DNA of 64,000 nt. Origin: an uncultured Verrucomicrobiales bacterium (GTDB lineage: Bacteria > Verrucomicrobiota > Verrucomicrobiia > Verrucomicrobiales > DEV007). Positions within the stretch are counted from its first letter, which is position 1; each line of letters starts with the position of its first letter. The translations under genes were made by a program, and so were the position numbers. A model generated the notes under the pieces. It saw only the letters and a list, made by a program, of their open reading frames with translations. It was not told the origin of the DNA and did not search any database. The stretch is from positions 1-64,000 of the forward strand of contig CALKOM010000046.1 in the NCBI GenBank assembly GCA_938091905.1, read 5' to 3'. Below, piece after piece: positions 20,302-30,685 of the stretch.

Positions 20302-21147
20302 TCAGCGGGGCCTACCGAGTGCCGCTAGATCCGGGCCCCAATGAAATGCGTGGGAGATGGCATTAGTGATGTATGCCTTTCCGTGAGCCACGGCGTCTTC
20401 GAGCGCGTTTCCTTGAGCGAGGTAGGCTGTAATGGCTGCAGAAAGAGTGCAGCCAGTACCGTGCAAGCGGTGACCTCCTGGAATTCTATTTGTCTCATAG
20501 CAAGTGATTCCATCCTCCGTAATGAGAAGATCAGAAGCTGTGGTGTTGGAGGAACCGTGCCCTCCTTTGAGCAGGGCGGCCGCGTCAAAACGCGCTGCGA
20601 GGTCGCTGCCCAACTTCTCAGGATCGGTTGTCTCGGCCCCGAGAAGGGTTTTAGCCTCTGGAATGTTTGGCGTGATGAGGTCAGCCATCGGAAGAAGTTG
20701 GTCGACGAGGCATGTCAGTGCCCCGGGTTTGATGAGTGGGGATCCGGTTGAGGACTGAATAATGGGATCAACCACAAGATTTCCGTTTGGATGGGAGGAC
20801 TTCCAGGTTTCCAGGTGTTTGATGATCACCGTTATTTGCTCCGCATTTGGCAACATGCCCGTCTTTACGGAAGCGATTGGATAGCAAGCGAAGAGAAGGT
20901 CCAATTGTGCTTCTAACACTACGGTAGAAACAGGTTCGATGAGTCTGACTTCCAGCGGGTTCTCGGCCACCACGGCAGTTGCCACGGTTAGCCCGTAAAC
21001 TTCCGCCGCGGTAAAGGTTTTCAAATCAGCTTGAAGCCCAGCACCGCTAGAACTATCAGATCCTGCAATTGTTAGAGCTATGGGAGTTTCAGTTGTGACA
21101 TATTTCCCAAATTCGAGATAATTTCCCTTCGACTGTGTTCTTGCCAT
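20302..21147 (-). CDS. thiD: Hydroxymethylpyrimidine/phosphomethylpyrimidine kinase
   Basis: LTIAGSDSSSGAGLQADLK, KTGML, TPNIPE, KGGH, HGTGCTLS. Confidence 0.93.
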   Translation of the reverse strand: MARTQSKGNYLEFGKYVTTETPIALTIAGSDSSSGAGLQADLKTFTAAEVYGLTVATAVVAENPLEVRLIEPVSTVVLEAQLDLLFACYPIASVKTGMLPNAEQITVIIKHLETWKSSHPNGNLVVDPIIQSSTGSPLIKPGALTCLVDQLLPMADLITPNIPEAKTLLGAETTDPEKLGSDLAARFDAAALLKGGHGSSNTTASDLLITEDGITCYETNRIPGGHRLHGTGCTLSAAITAYLAQGNALEDAVAHGKAYITNAISHAFHWGPDLAALGRPR

Positions 21148-21165
21148 CTTAATTAATTAGAATAA

Positions 21166-21579
21166 TTGTTGAGGGTGTCGAAATTTGAAAACGAATTCAA
21201 GGAAGTGGCTGGGCTCTCTGTGAAGGTGGATGACGTCATCTACATGCCTAACCTTGAAGCTCCGGCAGATCGTCCGCACCCTTTCGTCTATTTCATTTCG
21301 ATCATCAACCAATCCCAGAAGCAAGTTCGCATCTTAGGTCGGAAGTGGGTTATTTGCCAAGCGAACAATGAGTGGATCGTAGTGGAAGGGGATGGCGTGG
21401 TGAATCAGGAGCCGGTCATCAAGCCTGGCGATGAGTTTACATATAACAGTTACCACGTGATTGGCGACGACAGTCGAGCCACGGGCTCCTTCTTTGGAGA
21501 AGCCGAGGATGGTAGCCTTGTCATGGTGCGCATTCCGGACTTTGAGCTCAAAATTCCGCAGTGGGCTGAGAAGAGTTAG
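21166..21579 (+). CDS. apaG: ApaG domain protein
   Basis: FVYFISI.N..RKWVI..VEGDGVV..PVIKPG.F.Y.S. Confidence 0.85.
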   Translation: MLRVSKFENEFKEVAGLSVKVDDVIYMPNLEAPADRPHPFVYFISIINQSQKQVRILGRKWVICQANNEWIVVEGDGVVNQEPVIKPGDEFTYNSYHVIGDDSRATGSFFGEAEDGSLVMVRIPDFELKIPQWAEKS

Positions 21580-21607
21580 TTGCCTGACGCAGCCGCCATC
21601 GTGATAG

Positions 21608-22477
21608 ATGAACATGGCACTAACGATCAAAGGCTACTCGAACGCGCTCTATGCGACGTGGTGGTTGCTTGAAGAATGGGGACTACTCTTCGACTGTGGG
21701 GATGGTGTCAGTGCTGGGCTTGGGCAGAAAGGGCGCAAAGTCAGAAGGATAGCGTTGAGTCATGTGGACTGGGATCATTCGTCTGATCTTCTCAACTTCC
21801 TCCAGCTCAATGGGCGTGGCCAGCTTCCCGTAATTTATTACCCTGCAGACTGCGGCTCTGTTCCTGCGCTTGCCGAGTTCTCAAGGCGATTTGATCTTCA
21901 GTAGGAAGGCAAACCCCAGTGGATACCCGTGCGAGAAGGTGATCAAGTGCCTGTAGAGAAGGGGAGGTTCTTGGACGTCTTGCCCAACGAACATATCGAA
22001 GCCGCACCAGGGCTGTGCAAATCGGTGAGTTATCGGTTGGTCGAAAAGCGTCGGCGCCTTCTCGATGAGCATCGCCACCTATCGGGACTGGAGATTGGCG
22101 CCCTGAAGAAAGAACTTGGGGAAGAATCTGTGACGAGAGAAGTCTGTAGACCGCTGCTAGGCTTTTCTGGAGATGCGGCTTCGCCAAATGCCGAGCTTTG
22201 GTATGAGGTGCCCTGTCTGACTCACGAGGCGACTTTTCTGAGTAACGATGAAACAAGCGAGCTTGCGGTCAAGCACCGTCACTGTCGTCTGCCGGACGTC
22301 CTGTTGATGGCTGAAGAATTAGAATGTCGCACGCTTATTCTGGGTCACTTTTCTACGCGCTATAGTCACGAGCAAATTCTCGAGGCCGTGGAATCCGAGC
22401 GTGCCCAAGCGGGCTACAAGGGTGAGGTGTTGCTAGCGCTCCCGGGCGAGATGGCCCAACATCGGGTGGAAGGTTGA
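21608..22477 (+). pseudogene. RNase Z-like metallo-beta-lactamase-fold hydrolase interrupted by one in-frame TAG (21902-21904)
   Basis: FDCGDG, SHVDWDH, FSGD, HEATFL, GHFSTRY; the two ORFs are in the same frame. Confidence 0.8.
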
Positions 22478-22486
22478 TTCCCCAGG

Positions 22487-23135
22487 TTAGGCCTGCCTGC
22501 CACGCCTGCAAAGAGAGTGATGCCAAAGCAATCGCGCAGCAGCCGATCTGTATGGCCGCCAAGGTTCTGCGATGCCTAACTGATTTTCGAGGTCGGGTCT
22601 CGCCGAGAGCCGCTTCACTTCTTGAAGAGCTTTGGCTAAGGCGACGTCGCCTTAGCCAAATGTCAGGACGAGCAAGGCACATCAAGCGATACACATCGGC
22701 TGTCCATTGGCCGATGCCTGTTATCTGCATGAGTTGATCCGCCACCTTGCTGTCTGACAGATTGCTTAGGGCGGCAAGATCGAGCGTTCCTTCCAAGATA
22801 GCCTCCGCTAGTAATTTGAGATACCGGCTCTTCTGTCTGCTGACCGCGCACGCTCGCATGACATCATCACCTAGCGACAGCACATGTTGAGGGGCCACTG
22901 CAGGCAAGGCCAGGCACAAACGTTGATAAGTAGCCTCTGCCGAGGCCAGGGAGACCTGCTGTCCCAGGATGATCTGAGCGAGCGAGGCGAAGCTAGGATG
23001 GCGTGGCTATAACGGTGGGTTGCCGTATTCCTGCACAATCTGGCAAAGGTCTGGATCTCGGCGAGCCAAGCGTCGCACGGCGATAGCTAATTTCTCTTCG
23101 GTGAGAGTCGTAATGCGCGAACGGGAGCTGGCCAT
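22487..23135 (-). pseudogene. DNA-3-methyladenine glycosylase (AlkA/HhH-GPD family) with TAG and frameshift
   Basis: PPL*PRHPSF, IILGQQVS, GIGQWTA, PDIW / GDVAL, WRPYRS; TAG at 23007-23009; frameshift near 22650. Confidence 0.85.
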
Positions 23136-23152
23136 CAGGTGAGCGGGCTAAC

Positions 23153-23620
23153 TTACACAACAGATTTGATCACAGCGGTTTTCCCGTTCATCTCAAACGA
23201 TTTGCCCTCTTTAGACTCGAACAGACGTCCTCCCATCGGTGAATCCCGCGTGACGATGGTGCAGTCTTTTCCATCAATCTCGAACACGACGCCACCGGCC
23301 CCGGGACCACAGAAATAGTAGTCTGCGTAGCCATTCATTTCTATACAGACGAGTGCGCCCGGTCCAATCGCGTCGCCAGGTCCGTAGTCGCGTGAAGGCA
23401 GCGCTTCGAATTTGGCTAGGTTGGCCTCAGCTTCTTCCGCTTGTCGCGCTTGTGCTTCAGCTAGATAAGAGGCTTCCAAGGCTCGGGTATCATATTTGTT
23501 CTCCGCCTTGTTATCTTCATGCGTGGCTTCATCATGGGTCGCTTTGGCTGCTGCCAGCATGTTTGTGGCGTCTTCGCGGAGTTTGGTGATGATTTCTTGT
23601 AAAAGCCGTTTCTTGTCCAT
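23153..23620 (-). CDS. GreA/GreB-family elongation factor-like protein
   Basis: ENKYDTRALEASYLA, SPMG; coiled-coil N-terminus. Confidence 0.8.
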   Translation of the reverse strand: MDKKRLLQEIITKLREDATNMLAAAKATHDEATHEDNKAENKYDTRALEASYLAEAQARQAEEAEANLAKFEALPSRDYGPGDAIGPGALVCIEMNGYADYYFCGPGAGGVVFEIDGKDCTIVTRDSPMGGRLFESKEGKSFEMNGKTAVIKSVV

Positions 23621-23662
23621 GGGTGAGGTGGTAATGTGAAATAAAGTCAGTCTTAGGCAACG

Positions 23663-24991
23663 ATGGAAATCAGCACGGAACAAAAAGTACGCTTTGGCGA
23701 TTTGCGGGCCATCTTGCGCTATGTGCCGCTTTTTCGTGGTCAGCGCTTCGTGGTTGCTGTCGACGGTGCCGTTCTAGATTCCGGTGGGGTTGCTAGCTTC
23801 CTTCTCGACCTCGCGGTTCTGCAGTCTCTGAACATTCAGATTATCTTGGTATACGGAGCTGGCCATCAGATTCGTCTCCTGGCTGAGGAGCGCGATCAAT
23901 CCCTGACATGCGCAGACGGAACTGGCTGCACAGATGAGGTTACCCTTGAGTTGAGCATTGACGCTATCAGTAGGCTGGCCAATCAGCTACGCGAACAGGC
24001 GACGGTTTCCAACATCCGCACGGCTTCAGCCAATGTGCTTGTGGCGCATCAAGCTGGACGCGTGCGAGGTGTTGATCAGGGATTGACCGGTGTCATTGAT
24101 CGTGTGGACACCCAATGTCTCAAGGCATTTCTAGATGATGGGCTTCTACCGATCATTTCTCCGATCGGCCATGATCGGCGTGGCCAGACGCTGCGCTTAA
24201 ATTCTGACAGTGTGGCAACAGAAGTGGCTCTCGCTGTGGGTGCGTCGAAGATACTCTTTGTAACGGAGGCCCATGTGACAGACACTGACGGTCAGCGAGT
24301 CAAGCAATTGTCGGTTGAGCAAGCTCATGAGATGGCTCAAGGGCGGAGTGGATTGGGGACCAAGTCGCCGATGCTCACCTCGAAACTGAAGCATGCAGCA
24401 CGTGGGTGTTATGATGGTATCGCGAGAGTTCATGTGGTTTCCGGTAAGGAAAGAGATGCTCTGTTAGCAGAACTTTTCAGCAATGAAGGGAGCGGGACCA
24501 TGATCTATCGGGATGCCTATCAGGAGATCCGTTTGGCAACGCAAGCGGATATTCCTGCCATTGTCGCAATGATCCGTCCGTCGATTACGGATGAAGACCT
24601 AGTCCCTCGGACATCTCAGGATGTGACTAGCAACCTGTCAGACCACAGCGTGATCGAAATCGATGGGAATATCGTCGGGTGCGTTGCCTTGCATCCGTTA
24701 GACGAAAAAAATATCGAATTGGCCTGCCTATTCATCAAAAAGAACCACGAGAATCATGGCTATGGTCGTAAGCTCGTCGAGTTTGCCATTCGGCGCGCTG
24801 CGGAACTTGGTGCGACCAGTCTCTTTGCTCTCACAACTGGGGCGGTCGACTTCTTTGATCGGATTGGTGGCTTCAAGATCGTTGACAAAAAGGCACTCCC
24901 GAAGAAGCGCCGTGTAAAGCTGGAAGCCAGCGCTCGCGAGTCGCATGTTCTCCGCTGTGACCTTGTTGCAGTGGCGACGACGTCAAAATAA
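23663..24991 (+). CDS. argA: Amino-acid N-acetyltransferase (kinase + GNAT)
   Basis: LRYVPLFRGQRFVV, ELFSNEGSGTMI, ELACL..GYG. Confidence 0.9.
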   Translation: MEISTEQKVRFGDLRAILRYVPLFRGQRFVVAVDGAVLDSGGVASFLLDLAVLQSLNIQIILVYGAGHQIRLLAEERDQSLTCADGTGCTDEVTLELSIDAISRLANQLREQATVSNIRTASANVLVAHQAGRVRGVDQGLTGVIDRVDTQCLKAFLDDGLLPIISPIGHDRRGQTLRLNSDSVATEVALAVGASKILFVTEAHVTDTDGQRVKQLSVEQAHEMAQGRSGLGTKSPMLTSKLKHAARGCYDGIARVHVVSGKERDALLAELFSNEGSGTMIYRDAYQEIRLATQADIPAIVAMIRPSITDEDLVPRTSQDVTSNLSDHSVIEIDGNIVGCVALHPLDEKNIELACLFIKKNHENHGYGRKLVEFAIRRAAELGATSLFALTTGAVDFFDRIGGFKIVDKKALPKKRRVKLEASARESHVLRCDLVAVATTSK

Positions 24992-24999
24992 TTGGTTTG

Positions 25000-25974
25000 T
25001 TAAGCGAACGCCTTGATGAATCCGACTTCGATGGCAAGGGCATCTTGAACAGTTGTTTCCAGGTGCCGTCGAAGATCTTCGAGAGCGGAAAACCGCGTGT
25101 TCAGCTCGTTAGGGGGGAGCTGTGAAGCGATGGTATGAGCGAGTTCGCCAAAGTCATTAAAGTCTAGGCGTTGGTAACCGGCTTGCAGTCGAAGGGCGTC
25201 ACCCAGGAAACTTAGTAGTCCTTCTAACATCGTGGTGCGCCGCTGTACATACTCGGACTCTGTCCGATCCTTGAAGAACGTTTCCCGTCGTTTGAGCCAG
25301 TCCCCGTCCGTTGTCTCACCGTAGCGAGAGATCTCCGCTTTCAGTGCGGCATCGTTCTCTTGCAACAGAATCTCTTTCTCTTCTTTTAGAATAGCGGTGA
25401 AGGTACGAGCCAGAACCAATGCACGCGACAGGCTACGTTTCTGATCGGAGAGTGTCGTTCCAATGGCTTGGATGAATTGCTGAAAGGCCTTGGGAAAGTT
25501 TGGTTGATACAGTCCGGGAGAATAGAGAGCTACCGAAATGCAACGCGACCGAATGGTGTCTAACAATTGTTCGGGCTGAGATGTCAGCAATAGCAAGAGA
25601 GTGCGCGGAGGAGGCTCCTCCAACGTTTTCAAAAAAGCGTTCTCAGATTTCTCCTGCAAACGATCGGCATCGCGGATGACGCCGATCTTCGTCTTTGCTG
25701 CCGTGCCGGAAAGGTGCAGCTTCCGTTCCAGTTCTCTTATTTGATCGATCGTGATTCGACGTGACCGCGATTCGGGGCGGATCAACTGCACGGTTTCGTC
25801 TCGGATGGATTCAAGCGTCTCTGCATGAATGCCATTGGTTAGGGCAATCAATCGCAACGCGAGTGCATCTTTCCCTGCTCCTTCCGGTCCCGTGATGAGG
25901 TAGGCGTGCGCAAGCCGATCTTCAGCGTGCGAATGCGCCAGGTAGCCATATGCCTGGTCAACTAAGAAGGCCAT
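25000..25974 (-). CDS. holB: DNA polymerase III subunit delta'
   Basis: HAYLITGPEGAGK, NAFLKTLEEPP, TIRSRC; follows tmk. Confidence 0.9.
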   Translation of the reverse strand: MAFLVDQAYGYLAHSHAEDRLAHAYLITGPEGAGKDALALRLIALTNGIHAETLESIRDETVQLIRPESRSRRITIDQIRELERKLHLSGTAAKTKIGVIRDADRLQEKSENAFLKTLEEPPPRTLLLLLTSQPEQLLDTIRSRCISVALYSPGLYQPNFPKAFQQFIQAIGTTLSDQKRSLSRALVLARTFTAILKEEKEILLQENDAALKAEISRYGETTDGDWLKRRETFFKDRTESEYVQRRTTMLEGLLSFLGDALRLQAGYQRLDFNDFGELAHTIASQLPPNELNTRFSALEDLRRHLETTVQDALAIEVGFIKAFA

Positions 25975-26641
25975 CGTAACGTCTGTTGATGGTTTCCCAT
26001 ATCTGATCAGAGATCACGCTGATCTTTTGCATCGCATCAACAACGACAAATCTCTTAGGTTCCGCCTTGGCCAGCTTGAGATAGCCTTCGCGAACGCTGT
26101 TGAAGAAAGAGTTTGGCAATTTCTCGAAACGATCCAAGGGCTCCCCTGCGCGGGCATCCAACCGTGCCCGGGAATCTGTCGGAGCGATATCCATGAGAAA
26201 CGTCACATCCGGCATGCAGCTTCCTACCGCAAAGCGATTGATCTGTGTCACCGTGCCGGGATCTAGACCCCGGGCCACACCCTGATAGATGGTGGTGGAA
26301 TCGAGGAATCGATCCGCAATCACATGGCGACCTTCACTCAGAGCAGGCGCTAGCATCTCATCAACAAGCTGAGCCCGACTTGCGGTGAAGAGGAGGAGTT
26401 CTGCTCGTTCCCCGATTTTGGGAGTGTCCGAGGTGCGCTGGAGGATCTTGCGAATATCTTCGCCCAGCAACGTCCCTCCCGGTTCCCGGGTCAGGACGAT
26501 CTTGTCGCCAAGAGACCGCAAACGTCGGCGCAGCTCTTTGATCTGGGTCGACTTTCCACAGCCGTCAACGCCCTCAAAACTGATGAAGATGCCTCGCTGA
26601 CTCACGTGCCCAGTGGACGCTGATAGGGGCTCTTTGTCCAA
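25958..26641 (-). CDS. tmk: Thymidylate kinase
   Basis: FEGVDGCGKSTQ, REPGG, DRFLDS..YQG. Confidence 0.95.
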   Translation of the reverse strand: MDKEPLSASTGHVSQRGIFISFEGVDGCGKSTQIKELRRRLRSLGDKIVLTREPGGTLLGEDIRKILQRTSDTPKIGERAELLLFTASRAQLVDEMLAPALSEGRHVIADRFLDSTTIYQGVARGLDPGTVTQINRFAVGSCMPDVTFLMDIAPTDSRARLDARAGEPLDRFEKLPNSFFNSVREGYLKLAKAEPKRFVVVDAMQKISVISDQIWETINRRYDGLLS

Positions 26642-26668
26642 GGGAAATTAGGAAGATTGGAGTGCGCG

Positions 26669-29600
26669 TTATCCCAGAGCGGGATCTGCTCCGATCGTGC
26701 CGCGAAGGGTTTCGAAATAGCCCGTGCCCTCTACTCTAGCAAGTTCTCGACGAGCCTTCTCCAGGCGCTCCTCGATTCCCAAGCGGGCGATCTCGGTCTT
26801 GTAGATACCCTGGCTAGCGAAAGTCTGAAGACTATCGATGTGCTTTCGCCAGAGCTGAGCATCAATAGCGATCTTTGATGTCAACCGCTGGCGATACCAA
26901 TCGCTGTTTATGACCGTTTCGTAGTCGAACAGGGCTCTCAGTTCTGGGCTTTGTACGGTCATGCCATCGCACTCTCCGTGGGCCATGACTGTAAGGAGCG
27001 CACGAAGTGGTGGGCAGGCCTCATGGATGGACTGATCTTCGAAATACTCAAGAGCGACACGTTGCTGAGCTTCCACAATGTTGGCGACACCATCGGCGAA
27101 AGCATCCATGTCCTGCAACTCGGGGCGGAGCATGTCCTCTGGGAATACTGAAAGCGGATCACTGAAGATTCTTTTAAAGAAGACATCGACAAATTTTGAA
27201 GTGATCCGGTACCCCAAGCGGCTGGCCTGCACGGTTTTGCCATCGTGCTGAAAATCCTCACAAATTTCCAGCATGTTGTTCTCAATGAGCCACGCAGGAT
27301 CTCGCTCTCGGATGTGCATACGCGACCAAACTTCAGGAATGAGCAAGCTGACATCGTGATCAACTCGATACTTCGGACCGACGTAAGCTGCGGCGCTGAC
27401 ATAGCATGGTTGCTTTGAGATGATAAACGCTAACAGAGCGTTGTTTAGATCGGTGATCGGTAGGAGCGCATTGAAAGGTCCTTTCGTGAGCGCTCCCTCA
27501 GAGCCGGCGCCCGTGGTCGAAGGGGACTTGCCGGTGAGACTAGCCGTAAAATCCATGAACAGCTCGGGGAGCTCTTGGTAATGGATCGGATTAAAGACGG
27601 CCAGAGCGCGGATTCCCTGCTTTGCATTTGGTGGGTTGTTGCGGCGTCCAGGTAGGACAGCATTCACTGGCGCGAGCACAGCCTTACCCGAGGGAATACG
27701 CCTATATAAACGCATGCCGATTTCCGCAAGATACTCGCCTTGGTCATCGTGGAGGTCCTGTCTATCTTGGAGATAACGAGGGTTCTTGGATGGTTTGCCC
27801 TCTACCAAGCGGGGCTGGTCAGAACTTGCCACAAAGGCAGGGGAATCTGCTTTCACAAAAGCTCTCAAGCGCTTTTTGAGTGGAACCGTGAATTGTCCGA
27901 AGCGGATGGTGTTCCCCACCATTTCTTTCGCCTGCGGCCGTGTCAGAGGTTCGTAGTTTGAAAAGAAATTTCCTGAAGACGCGAAATCCATCTCGGTCCC
28001 TTTGTCATAGCCGCGATGGATGGCATCGTCAGGACGCTGGAAGAAGCGGAACTCACAGTTCGCGGTGAACTTATAAGAGCCGTCTGGCAGGTCAGGATGA
28101 AGGCCATCGGCGTGTGATACGGGTCGCACTGTACTCGCAGTGATGTCGTCCTCACGTTGCAATTTCACCGCAGGGAGGAAATCCTTTCGAAGACTAAATG
28201 TCCGCCAAGCGCTTCCTTCGGGATCGAATCCGACACGCAGGTAGCTACTTACCAGGAGCTGGTTTAAGTATTTCAACTCGTAACCTGGCTTGCCATCGAT
28301 GACATCCACGCTGAAGCGATGGTGCCAGTCATCCCACTCACCCCAATCCGGCTTGTGGAATCGCTTGATGATGAGAACCATCTCAATCACCTCTTTTGGC
28401 AACCCGTTCACATAGAGATTGTGTTCGTCAGTGTAATCTTCGTTTGGCGTGAGCAATCGAAGCACCGAGCCCAACGAGCGTTTTGGATCGAGAACGGGAC
28501 GGCTCTGTTTGGCTGTTTTCCGCGGTTTGGGAAAGCGATCCCAGAAGTTCTTATTCAAGACTGGCTTGACCTGAGCCATCACCTCATCAAATTCAGGGAT
28601 GATGACAGGCCCAGACGTCATGGCATCGGCTAGGGATTTAGAGATCTCGGATTTCCCGCCGCCGGAGACGGTGCACGGCTTGTGACAGAAAGTTCCTTCC
28701 GCTTGAGTGCCGACAAGACGCCAGCGCGTTCCCTCCATCGGTTGCATCATGGAAACCTTGTATCCCGACGGATAGACATAGGCCCGGTTTGGGCGTAGTG
28801 TAAGTTCGCTACCTTCCCAGGTTACCTTCTGGAGATGAAGATCGATTTCGGCGGTCTCTGGAACATAGAGGATTTCAGGATACCGTTTGTCGACTGCGTA
28901 GCCTTCAGGCTTGGTCTCGATGGCGTCTCCCAAGATCTGTTTCACCTCTGCAAAGGAATGATCCACATCCACTTGCCGACGGTTAAGCTGAAAATACTCG
29001 CCGTGGTCGAAGCTAGGGAAAGCGATGGCTCCTCCTGCGTGCTCTTCTTCAGCGTTGCCTAACAGATTTGCGGCATAGCTTATCTGCGTCTTCACTTCCT
29101 TCTTACAATAGCCGAAATAGTTGTCGGCGATGATCGTCACCATGATCCCTCGTTTGTCGCGGCAAGTGATCTTAAAGGCGCCTCCGTCATTGTAGAGTTC
29201 ATCTTCCGATTCCCAGCACATGCCGTCCCGCTTCTGACGCTCCGATGCATCATTGATGTGGGGAAGGCCCACCGCCTTCTTCTTCAACGTAATGAGATGG
29301 GGCGCGAGAATAGCGCAGCCGGTGTGGCCAGTCCATTGGTCGGAATCGAGAGCCGCGTTATTTTCTGGGAGGAATGGATCACCCGCATTTCCAAAGATCG
29401 TTTCGACAAAGTCAAGGTTGCTGACGAGGTTGCCAGGCGCGAAGAGACGCATCTCCATGCTCCGCGAGGGAGCAATCCCAGGAACCTCTGGGATGACCAC
29501 TGGGCGCAAGAGCAAGCCTAAGAAAGCCTCGGCCCTGTCCTTCTGATTCGAGGTGTAGGGAACCGTCAGCAGGTCACTTGGAGGATTCAATGCGGCCTTC

Positions 29601-30136
29601 AACAGGTGGGCGAATGTGACCTTTGGAACAGCCTTCTTAGCTGCGGGCACAGGCAGGCCACCTTCGGTCACATGAAAGACGCCCTTTGTTGTGCGTCGGT
29701 CTTTAGCGGGGTTGTGAATCACGCCTTGGGCAACCCTGAACGACGACACAATGTCAGACTCAAATTTGTCTTCGTTCGCCGGCAGGCTGAGAAGGCGTGC
29801 GATCCCGTGTTTTTCCAGAATAAGCGAATTGCTTGGTACGAGCGGCGATTCCCTCGATATAACGTCGTCTGGCACGCCCGAAAGGTAGTCTTTGAGGAAC
29901 TCGTGAATTCGTTGATCGACGGGAGCCAGTCTGTCGGACAATAGGCGCATCCTCTCTTGGAAGTTCGCCAGGAGGGATCTTCCCATTTCGAGAAACGGAA
30001 AATCATCCTCGTCACCGACAATACTGAACCCTCGCGCCGCTAGCTTAAGGTTGACGTAGTCTTTAATGGTCTGCGTCTCTGCGCTGTCAGGTTCGTAGCC
30101 GTGTCCCAGTCCAATGGTCGTCTTCGGATCTTTCAT
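26669..30136 (-). CDS. PPi-dependent phosphoenolpyruvate carboxykinase-like protein
   Basis: 1155 aa; DRRTTKGVFH, DNYFGYCKKEVK, EEEHAGG, CHKPCTVSGGGKSEISKS, GKSPSTTGAGSEGALTK recognised as PPi-PEPCK family motifs. Confidence 0.85.
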   Translation of the reverse strand: MKDPKTTIGLGHGYEPDSAETQTIKDYVNLKLAARGFSIVGDEDDFPFLEMGRSLLANFQERMRLLSDRLAPVDQRIHEFLKDYLSGVPDDVISRESPLVPSNSLILEKHGIARLLSLPANEDKFESDIVSSFRVAQGVIHNPAKDRRTTKGVFHVTEGGLPVPAAKKAVPKVTFAHLLKAALNPPSDLLTVPYTSNQKDRAEAFLGLLLRPVVIPEVPGIAPSRSMEMRLFAPGNLVSNLDFVETIFGNAGDPFLPENNAALDSDQWTGHTGCAILAPHLITLKKKAVGLPHINDASERQKRDGMCWESEDELYNDGGAFKITCRDKRGIMVTIIADNYFGYCKKEVKTQISYAANLLGNAEEEHAGGAIAFPSFDHGEYFQLNRRQVDVDHSFAEVKQILGDAIETKPEGYAVDKRYPEILYVPETAEIDLHLQKVTWEGSELTLRPNRAYVYPSGYKVSMMQPMEGTRWRLVGTQAEGTFCHKPCTVSGGGKSEISKSLADAMTSGPVIIPEFDEVMAQVKPVLNKNFWDRFPKPRKTAKQSRPVLDPKRSLGSVLRLLTPNEDYTDEHNLYVNGLPKEVIEMVLIIKRFHKPDWGEWDDWHHRFSVDVIDGKPGYELKYLNQLLVSSYLRVGFDPEGSAWRTFSLRKDFLPAVKLQREDDITASTVRPVSHADGLHPDLPDGSYKFTANCEFRFFQRPDDAIHRGYDKGTEMDFASSGNFFSNYEPLTRPQAKEMVGNTIRFGQFTVPLKKRLRAFVKADSPAFVASSDQPRLVEGKPSKNPRYLQDRQDLHDDQGEYLAEIGMRLYRRIPSGKAVLAPVNAVLPGRRNNPPNAKQGIRALAVFNPIHYQELPELFMDFTASLTGKSPSTTGAGSEGALTKGPFNALLPITDLNNALLAFIISKQPCYVSAAAYVGPKYRVDHDVSLLIPEVWSRMHIRERDPAWLIENNMLEICEDFQHDGKTVQASRLGYRITSKFVDVFFKRIFSDPLSVFPEDMLRPELQDMDAFADGVANIVEAQQRVALEYFEDQSIHEACPPLRALLTVMAHGECDGMTVQSPELRALFDYETVINSDWYRQRLTSKIAIDAQLWRKHIDSLQTFASQGIYKTEIARLGIEERLEKARRELARVEGTGYFETLRGTIGADPALG

Positions 30137-30685
30137 AGAGTATCTTGGTAAGAAGCCACATGACGTGGCTGTCCCTGTCTAGCCAATTCTTTCAAGCAAC
30201 GTCTGTGCCACTTTGACTCGAATAGATTAGGGAACTGAGGAGTCTACCTGTGCATGCGAGCTTTCATTCACGGCCAAGAAACGTGTATTTGGTTAGGCTC
30301 GCTTGCTAGCCTAACCGTTGCCATTTGTCTGCTTGAGCCTTTGGAATGCCGCCCTTCTGCGAAGGACGCGATGAAGAGTCTCCTCCGAGAGTCTCCTCCG
30401 CTGGTGGAGATTCAACCGCCCCGTCCTCAGAGTGACATTGCGTGGTGGAAATCCCCGTCTACGTGAGGCGGAAGCTTTGTCCGCATCTGATAGCTAGTTC
30501 CTAGAGTGGCTATTATCGTTCGGATGATGCCGTGTCAGCAAGTGGAGATCGTCTTGTGATCAGTTGCATAGGGCGTGGTACAAAGCATTTCCCTTGTCCC
30601 ACCGGAGCACATCGCCAATATTGTCCGTTACGGTCGTTTGATTCGTCATGGATTTAACTGCCCAACCTCAACCCCTTGCGCTTCA

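Noticed and set aside
21902..21904. Amber recoding (pyrrolysine or code 15)
   Set aside because: TAG terminates many intact genes here (e.g. amidase, fabI, proC), and the other TAG-bearing genes also carry frameshifts.
30254..30466. 70-aa ORF between PEPCK and CotH genes
   Set aside because: No recognisable motif; coding status cannot be supported.
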